Shown in pieces: positions 39,901-54,704 of a DNA stretch of 64,000 bases. Position numbers and translations under genes: made by a program. The stretch's first letter is position 1; the number at the start of each line of letters is the position of its first letter. This stretch comes from Sphagnum compactum. Lineage: Eukaryota. The stretch spans positions 3,782,001 through 3,846,000 of the forward strand of contig OZ234494.1 of assembly GCA_965153455.1 (NCBI GenBank). The letters run 5' to 3'. The notes under the pieces are model-generated. The model worked only from the letters and a program-made list of their open reading frames with translations. It had not been told where the DNA came from and did not search any database.

Positions 39901-42900
39901 ACAGTAAACGAACACGTGTTAATCACCCAACACATAAATTGGTGAAAAGCAAGTTTGTGATGATGAAGTGAAAGGTATACACCATATTTTGTCACACACA
40001 ATATATGAACTGCACGAAGACATAATGAAATTGCAAGCAATTGATGGTGTAGGCAAGTGTCATCATGTGATAGTAATGATTTTTTTGGTGGCCAATTTTC
40101 GCTTTTTAGTAGATTGTTTTGAGATAAACTTGGAATTTTAAAATTTTGCAGTGTAAAATGTGTTTTTCCAACAAAGTTCATCTCGTTTGTGATATCCAAA
40201 TAATCATTATCAACATTGTGTAAATAGTACACAATTAAGGTTTTTCCTTTGCACATTGTTTAAGTAACTTCCCTAGTAAGGAACCCCAAAAAGATATTGC
40301 AATAATTTGTAAGACAGTTGAATGGACTTAAACCTGTTTTCAGGATTCTTTGCTATACCTAGCGACCTTAGAGGAGCTATTGCGGAGTTGCTCACCAAGT
40401 TCTAGTCTAGAAATTTTCTTTACTTTTTTTTTCAAAAAATGGTGGAAAAATCTCTCAAAAACATCATCTTTTTTGTCATAAGACAAAAAATATTCCCCAA
40501 CTTATTTTTTTTAAATATACACAACATGCTTTTTTCAATGTATTTTGTAGCAAAAATTCATCATTTTTGGTGCGTTTTTTAAAAAAAAAATTCATGATGT
40601 TGCTCAAGTGGCAATAGTCCATAAGTATATTTAGGCGAATTTGGTGATATTCAAAATATGAAAGTATCAAATCTGAAGCACCCTTTCACATTGTAGGCAA
40701 TTGTGACAATTTGTTCATATTTTTGTGATTTTTTCCCCAAAAAAAGGGAATTTGAAACAGAATCTTCTCTTTAGAAAATGTTTTTCACTAAATTGCAAAA
40801 ATTCGCAAAAACAAACACTTCTTTGGTGAAATCAGATAATTGAAAAGAAAAACACTTTGTGATAGTACCAGCTTTTTTTCCTGGCGAACTGGGACAAAAT
40901 TTTGCCCACCATTGGGGAGCACAACAAGAGTCTACAGCTCCAATTTGCTAATGCTCTTGGACGAGGCTTAGGGTGCCAAGTTGCATCCAAGCACATAGAA
41001 AGTTTTGTAGGGCAGTTTTTCTGCTAGTTTTATATTGTTTTGACAGTTTGAACTTGTCAGAATTAAGGCTAAATCTTTTGTGAGATCATTGTCACTCATG
41101 CTAATTCTCTTGTGAGATGATCACCACCCATGCTACATCCCAAAAATGGGGAAAAAAAATAAAAAAAAGGCTCGATAGAACACAATATTACAGGACCTCA
41201 ATCAATAGAGATAAATCAAAGTAGTAACTCAGAATTGACCATAACTAAGAGCATCCCCACTGATGCTTAGTATGTGACCCTGCACATGAAAATCGGATGA
41301 AGAAAAGTTACAACATGCCCGTTTAGATGAGGAATTTAAGGGCTGTGCTCCTGCATCTGTGCTCAGTTTGCGGAGGCTTGTAAAAGGTGCAACAAAGCTG
41401 TGCACTTGCTAGAGAAGAATGTAGTAAGTATGATCTGACTACAGCTTCCTGTTTTTTATTAGCCAAACATAATGATTGGTCCACGTGGTTTGCTATTAGT
41501 AGTTCCACATATTTGCAGTACTAGTTTCAGTTTTATGGGTGGGGTTGCAAAAAAGTAAATAACTAAACTTGAATGTGAGAAATATTTTTGCAGGGTCACA
41601 TACTAAGCACTGGTGAGGATGCTCTGATGAGCATGAATGTCCAGCAGTCCTCAGGGAGGCCCCTAGCAAAATCATTTTTTTCAAATTCATTTTGGATTCA
41701 TGTTATCTAACCACGCTGTGTGGTTTTATCATCTCTCATGACTTTGTTTGAACCTGCATTGTATGGCAAAGCCCATTGCGTGGTATGACCCACTTGTTTT
41801 GCATAGGTTGCAAGTTTCCTCACCAAAAAGACGATGATAGCTTATCCAATGACCATTGTTGCAATTGGGTTTTTTTTTTGGTGAAGGTTTCAGAATTTGA
41901 GCTGTTTTTACATTTTGTGAACTGTACAGACAATTAGAAGGTGGGTAACACTTTGGTTGTCATAACTCATCACTCCAAAGAGCTACCTCTAGCCAGTCAC
42001 TAAGAACATAAAAATGTCACTTACAAGAATTGCATTTACCACCTCAATATGCATTGTCATCACATAGGCATTACCAAATTCAATTGTCTAAGGTAATCAG
42101 AGCAAGTTGTTTCTGCTCACATAGTTGAGAAACATTGGGGATTATTGTGAAAAATAGTGTAAGGATGTTGCACAAACTGTTTCAAATTTCAGTACCATTC
42201 ATCCATCTAGGGTTGACAGCATGATGCACCTAAGCATCTGTCTTTTTGGTTTTCTCCATGACAATTATTGAGAAAGCTTTTCCGTTCCAAATGAGCCAAG
42301 GCCCTAAACAAGGTGACCCGAGACCCACCAGTGCACTATCCATTGGAAACCCACCAGTATGTACTTTGGAACAAGCCCGGTAGGGCCCATTCCATCTAGG
42401 AACAACACAAAGGCCGGGTGGGGTGAACGGCCATTCCATTAGTTAGGTGGTAAAAAGTTCTACCAGGGCTGGAACTGCAACCCCTAAGAGTCAAAAGTAG
42501 AACCACAGATGGCTATTCGTCCCACCTACGAAAAACCCTGAAAGATTGATTGAATAGAACACTTGGTGCCTATTTGGTAGGTTGATGCATGTGGATGGTT
42601 AATACAAAGGTAACAACTGTGGTTGCCTGTGAGAACGGGACTACAATGAAAAAGTGCTTAATCTTGTTAACAAAAGCATGCATCCATCCTGCATGGTGAG
42701 CTGATGGGTGCTGGTTCAATCAGTCCCTAATAAGGATTGTTGATTGTGCCCTTCATGATATCTCCAGTCCAAGTGGTCTGTTCAGATTGCATTCAAGTGC
42801 ACAAAGTAGAGTATATACGAAGGGGAAAGATGGCCCGGACTAAAGTATGATTGGCATATGAGCTGGCCACACACTCCAACCCGAAATACTGAAAATGACA

Positions 42901-43223
42901 TGAAGTGTGTGACGGGTAGGAGGCCAAGGTGGGGTGGGCCAGCAAGGGTACATTGATGGCTACCCCTCACCAGTCTTTTTTTTCAAAGGAGGGAAGCAGG
43001 GCTTTTTGCTTTTTTCTTTTAATTATTATATTGAAAGTTTAGCACTATCTTACCTTCACAATAGGGAGGATATATTCCATTTCAAGGTCGGTCATTAGTC
43101 GTTACACTATGTAAACTTCCCTCTATTTACAAGGTGAGTTCAAAATGTCATACATGTTTATCTCAGTGAATGGATCTACATCTGTCTTGTTTAATCTCAT
43201 ACACTGGCCTCTTTCCTGACAGC

Positions 43224-43318
43224 GGGTAAGGTCCTTGGATGAGGACATCACCAGAATTGGGTTAGCACGAGACAACAGGCCATTACGCTAGTATTGCCCT
43301 CATCCAAGGGCCTTACCC
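43224..43318. repeat. Small foldback element (GGTAAGG...CCTTACC family)
   Basis: 28-bp arms: GGGTAAGGTCCTTGGATGAGGACATCAC and GTATTGCCCTCATCCAAGGGCCTTACCC. Confidence 0.8.
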
Positions 43319-46300
43319 TACACATAACCAGGTGGTTCTCCATGGTAGCAGTAGTCACCAATAAAGGTGTATTTTTAGTGCAAGGCAAGTCACCTGTACT
43401 ACAAGACCTATAAAACCCAAGATAGGTGAACAATTTCCCCTCTTGATATCCATTCTATAATCTGTAATCACCTCCTAATAACTTACTTGGTTGAAGATAG
43501 ACCTAAGCTACTCCTTGTACACGAAGTTAAATTTCAGGTAGCCCAGTTGCTCAAGAGTCTGATACACATCCTTGTAATCTCCAGGTCCTCTAGCCTAGGA
43601 TTAATGGGAATGGAGATGGAATTGGGAAAAACTATCAGAGCTGAAGTATGGTTATGTTTTTGCTTTTGGTCTTTGTAGTGACTGGATGATGCCCTTGACG
43701 AATAAAAAGAACAACTTTAATCAGACTGTAATCGAGGACTTAAGCAATTCATTAATCATGGTTCGCTGGATTTATACACATTACGGTCTTGGCAGTCAGA
43801 CAAGAGTCAGCTATGGTGATGCTAGTGATTTGTTTGTTCTCATGAATGGTGGTTAATGAAGATCTGCGATGCTGGAGTTGTGGTCGATGCTAAGATCAGT
43901 AGTTCCTAGTCAGTGCTACATGCTTAGATCAACAGTCTCTATTAACTCTAGCTTTCATACTTGCTTTCATGCATTTAACTAAATCTAACTAATTACGTAC
44001 AAATTAGTTCCCACCAAGCAGCTGCGTGTGTTTCATATTTTACAGCCCTTCCCTGAAAATCTACCTCTGGGCTTCTTAGGGGCAAGGCAAATCCATCATG
44101 CAAACTTCTCCCCTTACGCTTCTAGGAAGGTAGAAGAACTAATGTATCCCTCCTGACTACACACTAAGTGGACTTTGTGAGTTCTGTGGCACTAAGACAG
44201 GGACAGATCTGGTCATGAGTTTTTATGGGTACCACCTACCTTTTTTTGTGACAAGTACCTACTTTTGGCATTTCATTGTGACAACTTTGGTAAATTCCTC
44301 ATCCATCAAGATGTGATATTTAGCTCATAATGCTTAAATTATGGAATTCATTTCCGACATATGTGTCCCATTCAGCTACCATTAGTATTAATACTGAGTC
44401 ATGATTTTATCAAAATGTCATTGAGTTGTAACCAGTATTGATCAGTTCTTCCTTTTCAAGAAAATCTGTGATCCCAGTTTTGACAATTCAAAGAATTTGA
44501 TAGGTTCTTTAGGTGCGGGTTTGAACATGGTTCTTAATTTTTTAAACCTTGTAATTTTTGTTTTGGCATAATTTTTCAAATTCAAGAACCTTTGGGTTTG
44601 AAAATCAGATCCAATTTCAAGTATAAACAACAAACTCCTCATTGAGATTGGAGATTATTTAAGAATGGAGTTTTACAACAAATTCAAATGGAGTATTCTA
44701 TAGGTATGGAGTTTTACAACTAATTCAAATTCAAGATTGTATAAGTGTGAAATTCAACAACTAATTGAAACTAATCATTTAGTTACAAAGTTCAGCCTAA
44801 TTGTCGACTCTTCAAAAACAAAATCAACTTGCTTTCTTAAAAATTCTGAATTTATGTTCAAAAATTGTTTGTCATGGTTATGATTTTGGTTCTAGCAAAA
44901 GGCTAATGACAAATTGATGACATAACCAGCTACCTATTCATCTAAGTTTTATCACAATGACCTAACTTTATGCATGTTCAATTTCTTTCTTTCGGATTTT
45001 GGCAAGTCATTGTTAGAAGGCCTTGTCTAGACAATATGCATGGGGGGCCTTTTGATCTTGGATTTGCAAGAGGAAGTTGATGACATGGAACACGTATGAA
45101 TTACAATGACCTTTTATTGCTTACCATTTTACATTGAATTGGAAAGTTGGTTGTAAGACATTTGGTTTAAACTGAATTGAACTAAGGTGAAAAGTTTTTA
45201 TTGTCAAGGAAACACCTTTTTGTACGGTTAAATGGGCATGTATGAGTCATATCACATCTAGGGTGATGACAAGACAATGTTTAGGATGCCCATGACAAAT
45301 GGTGAATTGTGATGTTTGGGAGATTTTTTGTGCATGACATTATTTTACTCCAGGGGTAGACTATTTGGATGGTGTTGGTTTAGTGAATATATGATGATAA
45401 TAGGGTGTCCATGTTAGGGTCACTTCACGATAGAATAGCTGGTCAATGGACTACCCTTTGATTGTTTTTTGGGAATTATTGAACTACATCCACAAACAAT
45501 GCAAAAAAGCATCTTTTACCCTTCTGAAAAAATGTTCCTTCATTCCATGATTCACAATATCTAGTGGCATGGTGCAACATGTTTCTAGACTTGGTTTTAA
45601 AATTTGTTCCCATTGATTGCAGTGGCTAAGCACCAATTTACCACTATTAGCATGCATATAAGTCAAGCCCATGACCTAATTGTTCAATTGTGGATGCCAT
45701 TTTGGATTCAAGTTGCTTCATAATCACATTTTTTGAATCATGATGATCAATCACAATTTACAATTGTCACACACGGGTAGCATGGCATACCCCCTTCACC
45801 CCTACTTCCCTCACCCTCTAGTTACAGGATTCAGTGCCAAATGTAATTTTGTGTTTACAAAAAATGGAAACCCTCCAGCACTTGCTACATACATTGTCTG
45901 AATGCAGGAACAAATCAACAAAAACAAAGCTAAAGATGCGGAGTACCCTAGTAAAAGGTTTGAGACTCTATGGTGATAGTCCTCTACAAGTGGAGAATAT
46001 GGTACCTATATGTTGTTCAAGTACCAGTGTGGACAGCCCTCTACACAGGAGTAGGTACCAAGTCCAGGAACACCTGGCCGGTTAGCATCAAGGTACAAAG
46101 GTGTGGCACTTTGTCTTGTATAGTATGATTGCAGACAAGAGTTGTATTTGTGTGCTCAAAGGATACTACATTCATGTATCCCCCATACCTTCAACTTCTG
46201 TCAGACAGATGGAGTGAGGGACCAACAAAAGAAAAGAAGAAAAAAAAAGCCAACTTAGATTTGTGCAGAAATCTAACCCAAGATTTAAGAGAAATAAATT

Positions 46301-48709
46301 TTCTCATGAGAGAACTTGTTTATGGAGAAGCACAAATTCTCTTGAACATACTATTAGGACAAGCAGCTCCAATAAGTAAGGTTTGCCCTTTAGACTCAGA
46401 TGTCAGTCCCATAATTGTCCTTTCACCTATGAAATCCACAACCATCCCATAAGATCAAATGCTCTATTTTCACTCAAAATTGATTTGAAACTCTGGTAAA
46501 ATTCAGAGTAAATTTTGAGCCCACTATAATAAACCAGATCAACGAAGTTTTGCACTGTAAAGCTACAATCCTCATTAGAACCAGTGTCAAAATTCTCCAC
46601 AATGTTTGTGACTTGATCGTTATGTACAGCAATACATGTAGTTGCCAACATAATAGCACACAACATACCCAATATGAGGGAGATGATTTCTCTTTTCTTT
46701 CTGCAGATTGCAAGTCCAGGATATGATTTGCCAATTTCAATCAACAATCACTGTGACCAATTTATGCCAAGCCTCAAACTGGAATTTGCATGAGCTCGAG
46801 AATGGTTGACATGGTGAATTGTTGAGAGTTCACACTGCAAATACCTATGCAGATCAGTGCCAGAGGTAATATCAGACTGATCATTTCTTCAAAGAGACCT
46901 CATCTTCTTCAGGTTCTCATTTTCATGAAAAAAAACACTCTTCCCCTGGTTTCCCATTGTTTTTTTGCACTCTTGAAAAAGGTTTGTCCATGTAGACAGG
47001 AACTTTGGGTCCCTGCTCCATGCCCCTAATCACAGTTCTGCAATATCCTGGCAAGGGCTGTACACAACACCCACATACCCAGGAGTTGAGCTTGGTTGGA
47101 GACGGGCACATAATCTCCTTGATCATCTTATGCCACAATTTGATTCAGCTTTGGGCCCAGATCAGGTGATGTGTTGTGAAGTTGTCAAATGTTACCTAGC
47201 CTCTCCAGCTGATCTGGTTAGCTATGAACTGAGACAGTCCGTTGACCTCCAATATCTTTGACCTCCTGTCCTTTACAAGGTTCCTTGAGTACCAACTACC
47301 AGCCTATATGTTCCTATCCCACCTCAGTTGGCTCTTCGTGTGAGTCTACTTGCAATTCTACCATCCTCTTCTGATTAGCTGCTAATACTTCTATTGCAGT
47401 GCAACATATAGGCACATCCATAAAAAAAGCTTCCTTAACATCTGCACAGATTTGCAATATTTTGAACTGGAAGAGTAAATTCTCGAAGACTATAACATTA
47501 ACCCAGACAAGCATGTGTGAGCATCAATCTAGAATGCATCTCTGTCTAAGTATTGAGACCATGCCACTTGCAAGGTCTTCCCGTTGCACATTCTCTTCAC
47601 CTTTCTTAGACAAGGGACTTTGACAATCATGAACTATATGCATCAGCCTCCGGGCTTTCTTATCAGCCATGAGAAATTTCCTTTCTGAACATTGCACTCT
47701 TTACCTAAGAGCATCCCCACCCACACCCCTCGCTATTTGGGCCTCTATGTATGTTTATCACATCCAACGTACAGTGTTGATTATTCCCTCACCCTCACCC
47801 ATACACATGGAAAATTGGACAATATAAAGTAAGAGACTATTTAAGTGTCACCAACTGGACCAATCATTATTGCTAGCCAATCAAAAAAAATTATTTCCTT
47901 TTCCTCGGCCTCTTAGAGGTCGCTGAATCAGGGGCATCTTTACATGTCAAACTGCATTTGGTACTATTTGAAGGTTTTACTTCATCCAAATTAGTGTGAA
48001 CAGGTCATTTTACTGCTGTAGGTGGCAATGCTTTAGCATGAGGACAAACCTCTTCTTCTGTTGGCCATCAAACCAGTTAATTGTGCTACTATTGACAACA
48101 CCAGAATGAATTGAGAACAGATCCAAAAGAAAAGATGAACAAAACAACCTTGGGTGAAAATCCTCATGTATGTTCAGGATAGATTATTTTCAGTACTGAG
48201 GCTTGTTAGACATTGTTTGTGAGAGCCATTATGGTGAGGGATCTTCAATGGAAGATCTCTGCAACCAGGGATTTTGTTTTTGGTTAAATGTAGTTTTTAA
48301 GCAAACGTTCGTCAGCTGTTACACATTGTTTGTGAAGGCCCCATTGTCTGGAAATTATGGCATGGACCTTGAGTTCTGCTCTCAATTCTCACACCATAAT
48401 GTCCTTCGATCTCTCTTCATGCAACATAGGTAATCAATTTGTGTGGAGGTCAAGGGGAGGATGAATTGAGCACCAAGCTTTTCAGTTAGGAAATTTGCTG
48501 TCAGATACTTTTTCACAGAGTACCACCAATTGACCATACCTGAAACCTGATGACTCCTTTGCATTCTGAGCTCAAATCACAAATTGAACCCAAAAAACAC
48601 TGTAGTGTATGTAGTATACAAAATACTTCTCAAGTCTCTATTGACTTGGGCACCAAGTTAGTTGTGGTGTTGGTGGTGTTCAAGAATACAATTACCGCAT
48701 ACCCTGGAC

Positions 48710-48990
48710 CAGTGTTTTGTTTTCTGGCTAAATTTATTCAGTTGGAAAATAAAATCAAATGTCTAAAAGTATGTCCTTTCTTGGGTTTTCCAGTCACCAA
48801 ATTTTGAAAAAACAAAATGAAGATTTTTTGCCAGATTTCTCTGTTGAGTTCTAACATGTAGCCAAAATTGTGAAGGCTGATTAAACCTTTTTTACTTTCC
48901 ATATCATGTTTATAGCCAAATTTGGCTAAACTATCTTATGGATGATGGCCACTTCAGCTACATCACCAAAATGGAAAAAGTTTAAACTGT
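48710..48990. repeat. Dispersed MITE-like family with palindromic core TAGCCAAATTTGGCTA; other copies or fragments at 1-230, 14270-14503, 15270-15672, 21800-22035, 32005-32065, 32905-33050, 38812-39072, 40590-40820, 41065-41170
   Basis: Shared blocks TTGCCAGATTT(C)TCTACATGGTTGAAGTAGGTAGCCAAAA and TAGCCAAATTTGGCTAAATCTTC.TATGGATGAT.GCCACTTTGGCTA occur in both orientations. Several copies end in CAGTGTTTTT or AAAAACACTG. Confidence 0.8.
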
Positions 48991-49656
48991 TCTACCAGAC
49001 TTGCTCATGATAATCAACAATTTTCATCGAAATAATTAACAGAAAGAGATGGTACAGAGTAATGTGTCCTTAAAATTATGCAAAGCCAATAATTTTAGTT
49101 AAAGGTCAATTATTGAACAATTGCATTGCCACAATTACAATGGTTAAGCAATGCCACTTCCAGAAGGATGGTGTAACCTTTTGGGGTGCCTTAAAAGGTG
49201 AAAAACCATTAAATCACTCCGAGTTGGCAAAGTACACGCAACTTATTATAAACCCTAAATCTTAATCAACATCCCCAATTGGATTTAGATACAACGAATT
49301 CTCCCCAAGACCTTGCAAGTGCATTCTCTTCAACAAGGCCAGTCACTTCATAGGCAAAATATCTACACCTTCCCAACCGTTATATGTTTCATTTCGTACT
49401 ACGTCAAAATTGCCATCCATGTTTATTCCTACACATCGTTGTTGTTGTTACAAATGGCCACAATTAACTTTGTTTTTAACAACCCAATCATCCATGAGCT
49501 TAGTTTCATTAATCAAGATAACAACGTCACAACTAGAAAAAATTTATCGACATGATCACTTGGCTGTTGACTAATTGTAGTTATCTTGTTTGACTGTATG
49601 AAATGTATAGTTGATCAATGTGATGACATGGTCAATTGGGTACCTTAATTTTCTCA

Positions 49657-52045
49657 TCTACTAATAAGAGAAAACTAGTATATAAGAGAAAACCAATAAA
49701 TATATGAACGTGTAATGCATTGCCCCTAAATCCTCGCCCACCTTTCCCTTTTTTGTCTTATGTTTACATATGGTTTTCAATAGTTCGTCATTATTTATGT
49801 CAAATTTCAAAATTACAAGAGAAAGGGGTTAAATAAATTGGCTTAAAAAAGGAACGTTATCAATTTATTTTAATATTTACCATGGACACAAAAAGGGATG
49901 TGTTGATCTTAGGTACAATGTTTTACAACTAATTGAATTAATCATTTACTTATAAAGTTCAACTTCTCAATCTATTTTTAAAACAATTCAACTTGGCTAT
50001 CTAAAAAAGCCTTGAACTTATGTTTAACAGTTGCCTTTCATGAATCTTGTTTAGATTCTAATTCTAACAAACAGCTAATTCCATGGGTCAGTTCTTGTAT
50101 CAATTTCACTAAAAGGGTGCTAGTTTGGGTTTGGGTTTTGAACCCCAAGTTTAACATTGTAAATGGAGGAGCCTTCCAACCATGGTTTGGACATGTACGC
50201 ATGCACACAATATAGGGCTCTTCAAAAAAGGTTAGGAAAGAAATATGATTTGCTTTGATTGGTCGGCCAAACGACTGGCCCATGTGACATGGCATTGAAT
50301 TGATTTCTCACTCTACATTGTTCAACATTTCACATTTATGGTTGGAGATGGGAAAAAACTTGCACTTTATTTTGGATGTGGTAGATATTGATAAAGGTTC
50401 ATATATAAGGTGTGGGAAGACTTATTCTAACTTATTTTTAATTCATTTATCCTTCAAGAATAACACAAACATGGTTTATTGGTTTCATATGAGGAAAAAA
50501 AACACCCAATGATATTAGGGTTTTTCTTAAAGCGTTGCCCTGTTTGGCCTGACTCTCACTTATTGTTTGGCTCCTATGCCCTTGGTGCCTAGAAAGTCAA
50601 AGTCCTCAAAACATAGACCAAATTCACAAAACCTAGCATGGGATCCCCAAAACCAGTTTCAACAACATTTCCTTTTGTACCCATGGGTTGTCCACCTATA
50701 GTCTATGTTATGAAAGGATATACATGAAGAAGCTTTAAAGGGGTTATGGGGTTAAAGCCTAAAGGGCTATGGGGGTTGTAAGGACTATAGGCTAAAAATT
50801 ACATGTTTATATGCTAATGGACTATATGGCTATGGGTTATGAGCTATATGGTTATAGGTTATATGGGGGTTATAGGTTATATGTTTAGGGTTTTAAGTTT
50901 TTCATTTTAGGGTTTGTATTTGGCTTTTTTTAAGTTTGAGTTTTACAATTTAGTTCTAAAGGTTTAGGGGTTAGAGTTTTGGGTTTACATTTGAAAGTTT
51001 TGTGGTTAAATTCTAGGGTTATTTTAGGGTTTAACGATTGAAATTTTAAGATTTATTATTTAGGCTTTTTGTTTAGGCATTTTAAGGTTTAAACATGAAA
51101 TGTATCAAATTACATTTCAAATAAATTTTTTTAAATGAATTTTAAGGGTTTAAAAATCCAAAAGCTTTGAAATATCAAAGCCTTTGGGTTCTTTTGAGTT
51201 TTGAGGGGTTTTTGAAAGATTTTTAAACAAAATAAAATCAAGAAAAGAAGGCCATGGAGAGTAAGACCAAAACAAAACCAAGAAAACGAATACCGTCACC
51301 ATTAGGAGGAAGATTTTTTTAACCAAAATAGAACCAAGAAATGAAGGCCATCACTATCAAGAGGAGGGATTTTTAAACCCAAAACAACACCAAAATGAAG
51401 AGAGCCATCATGATGAGAACGGTAGATCAAAATAGAACCAACAAAAAGAATACCATCACCATCCAAAGGAGGATTTTTAAGACCAAAACAAAACCAAGAA
51501 GAGGAGGACCATCACCGTTGAGGAGGGTTTTTTAATGCAAAACATAGCCAAGAAGAGGATGAAGATGATGTGCACATCACTAAAAAAACAGAGACTTTCG
51601 AACTCCTCCAGATGTTTTGTGTCACTCCACGCTATAACCCCTCTTGACACTCAACTCTAAAAGTTCCAAGGGTTCATGTTCTCCCCCAATGTTGCACCAA
51701 AGATAGCGTGAACCCTCATTGCCTCCTCCCACAAGAGCATGTGTTCATCCCAAAAAAGAAACTTCACAAAAAGCTTATGAAAACAGTTTCACATGTGATG
51801 AAGTGATGAACAAAAAAGCTCAACATGGAACTTGTTTCATGCCAAATCTTGGTGCAAATTCAAGTTTCAGGCCTCATTGAGACACCATGTAAAACTTTCA
51901 TGCCAAGTTTAGAGGTGTGACCAGTGTTTCACTCAAACATGAGGTTCTAGCCCTATGTTTGAACGGACTTTATCAAAAAGTCTATTAGTTTCAAAGTTTT
52001 GTTGGGAGAGAAACCACGGGTGCCCACTGCCAACACTCATAGTAG
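49657..52045 (+). mobile_element. Probable non-autonomous Helitron (~2.4 kb) with internal degenerate repeats
   Basis: It begins A|TCTACTAATAAGAG and ends CACGGGTGCCCACTGCCAACACTCATAGTAG|T, a decayed hairpin with GTAG in place of CTAG. It shares CACGGGT(A/G)CCCACT with the 3' ends of the 1972-3787 units. Internal blocks include TTTAGGG-like repeats (50740-51100) and ~50-bp repeats (51230-51560). Confidence 0.5.
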
Positions 52046-52344
52046 TGTAGGCCTCCACATTAAACTAATCTCAAAATTAATTAGAGCTCCTGCTTCACCA
52101 TATTAGGTGTTTTGCCAATTCAGGATTTAAGGTAATAGTTTCTGCTCCTCTAAAACTACCTTACCAATCAATAATCTGCTAAATGAGAAACTAAGTGCTG
52201 CAGATCTGGCAATTGATGCCAATGCTCAGTCCACTCCAAGTTGTATGTTCCTGATCCTAGCTACAAGACTATTTTGAGCTCTAAAATGTCTTCCTCAACA
52301 TGGAGTTGTTGCATCCATAGAGTGCTGAAGAGAGAGCTTGAAAT

Positions 52345-52712
52345 GATAGATGTTGAATTAAAGGGATGGGGGATCTATGGCTAATATTGGGAATCCAAGT
52401 GTTAGAGAGAGAGAGAGATTGACTAGTGTCAGGTAAGTACTATGGCCCTGGATGATGGAATTACTAGTTGTAAGGGCCTGCACTAGGCAACATTAGGCAA
52501 GAGAGAGAGATTATGAAAAGACAGATATTGATTAAAGAGATGGGAAATCTATGGCCGCTATTGTGAATCCAAGTCTTGCAGAGACAGAGAGATTGGCAAA
52601 TGTAAGATAAAGAAGCCCTTGGATGAGGGCATTACCAAAGTAAGGGCTCACACTTGGTGACACTAGGCTATTACCTAGTGCAGGCCCTTACTCTTGGTAT
52701 GCCCTCTTACCC
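52345..52712. repeat. ~175-bp diverged direct duplication ending in a foldback of the same family (52625-52712)
   Basis: GATAGATGTTGAATTAAAGGGATGG vs GACAGATATTGATTAAAGAGATGG. The arms are GAGGGCATTACCAAAGTAAGGGCTCACACTTGGTGA and TTACCTAGTGCAGGCCCTTACTCTTGGTATGCCCTC. Confidence 0.75.
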
Positions 52713-53215
52713 GTGGGAAAGAAAGAGGACACTGGACAAGCTCAATCAACACAGATATGTATGACTTTATGAACTTACCTTGTCCCAATTCCTAACTACC
52801 CACACCCCAACCTACCCTTTTTGGAAAACTTGCAATGGTGGCAAGCTTATTTGCAAGAAACATAGTGGATAGGATTGTGGTGCTGCTTGAATGGTTCCAT
52901 GTTTAAACAAGAAAATTTATAAGCTTTCCAGGTTAAAGGCAACATGGTAATCTTTTATCAATCAACTTCTTGTGGACTTTCAGGGGTTGTAGATGAGTTT
53001 CAGCAGTGGCGCAGCAGAATTACACTCATATACATACATTCAACCAGAACCTGATTTCAGCATGCATGAACCCATCCCCAAAGCTATCCATTCATACTCA
53101 AGATGAGGGTCTTAGCCAACAAACAAATGCATCAAAATGAACTTCATACAATAACTTCAAAAGAATGTTGCATATCATCGCTCGAAACTATTAGAATGTA
53201 ACAGGGAAAGTAATG

Positions 53216-53735
53216 ACTCTAAAAGTACGTATTCAATCCCAAGAGGTTGAATTGGATATGTAAGTATGCTATTCAAATTAGCTATGTCAGATCACAAATC
53301 CCCTCATCAACAATTTCCTTTTGCTAACACAGCAATCTAGTCCAACCCTAGGAGTACATAATTTGATTCCAATCGGTTGAATTGCAGAGGAAAAACTAAG
53401 TATTGACATCACAAATCTCATTCCCAAGAGATTGAATTGGATATGTAAATATGGTATTCAAATTAGCTATGGTCAGATCACAAATCTCCTCATCAACAAA
53501 ATTGCTTTTACTAACACAACAATCCAATTCGAGAATACATACATAATTTGATCCCAGTGGGTTGGATTGGAGATATAATTGTCATCACAAATCTGCTTGC
53601 AAACAATCCATTTCAACTCTAAAAGTACATATTCAATCCCAAGAATTGGATATGTAAATATGGTATTCGAATTAGCTATGGTCAGATCACAAATCTCCTC
53701 ATCAGCGAAATTGCTTTTGCTAACACAAAAATCCA
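53216..53735. repeat. Tandem repeat, ~185-215-bp unit, about 2.6 copies
   Basis: Three occurrences of GAATTGGATATGTAA.TATG.TATTC.AATTAGCTATG(G)TCAGATCACAAATC.CCTCATCA. Confidence 0.9.
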
Positions 53736-54649
53736 CCAAAGCAAGTTTGTCAAGTTTGCATCAGCAAGCATTTGTGATCTTATCTTTCTGCTCTCTCTTC
53801 AGAATCTCCTTGCAGCTTTTGAATTTGAGTCTCCCACAGCAATCAAGCCTCATCATGTGTTGATAACAACCAGAGTAGGGACTCAATAGAGATGAAGGAG
53901 CAAAGGCTGATATGAATATTTAATTGAAAGAACGGATATGCTTCAAGGTCAAGAGAATCATCAAACTTTTGTCAAGGTCGAAAGAATAGGTTACCTCTAA
54001 AAGCGGACGAAGGATTTGCAGTTTGAATTCCACACCAATTGTTCAGCGGAGGAGCCATTTTATGAGCAATTCATTCGAGCATGCGAGAAACCTGATCATC
54101 TTTGACGCTTCTAGTGTGTCTCAGAAACGGATGAGTAGTAGTGCACTGTGGTCCGAGTCTCTCTCCTCAGGCATGCAGCAGCATCATTCCTTGCTTGCTT
54201 TCGCCCCAATGTATGACTCACGATGCAGAGAGTTCAAGATTTCTAGGAAAGCACATGTACATTAATATTGTTTTGTGCTGCTATTAAGACAAGAAGAGGC
54301 ATTGCATATATTTCCTTTCAACAATTTCCATAACACCTACAAGATACATACCGCCCCCTTGTTGGCTCCACAACCTACGTATGAAAAGAACGGTCTAGGC
54401 CTAGATGGAGCTCGCAAGGTCACGATCTGGTGGGCGGTTAAAAGTTTCTCCCATCCATCTCCATGCTCTCGCACATCCTCCTTTCGTCTGCGATCCCTTC
54501 CAAACACAACAACAACAACAAAAATTGCAGCAGGCATACAAAAGACATCCATATCCTGGTGGCTACAAAGGTCGCGACGGTACGACACAACAAGATCATT
54601 CAAGAACCTGCATGGAGTGAAAAAGTGAAGGCCATGTTGGAAAAAGAAT

Positions 54650-54666
54650 ACACACACACACACACA

Positions 54667-54704
<38 letters not shown>

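Noticed and set aside
46090..48600. Cluster of short ORFs and a strong plus-strand acceptor at ~46706
   Set aside because: No consistent spliced reading frame or recognisable domain; it would need BLASTX.
50740..51100. Interstitial telomere
   Set aside because: Only scattered TTTAGGG units in a degenerate tract inside a putative Helitron; there is no true array.
53990..54640. Possible additional 5' exons of the EF-hand gene
   Set aside because: Splice-like sites exist, but I could not build an unambiguous in-frame chain to the 55092 exon.
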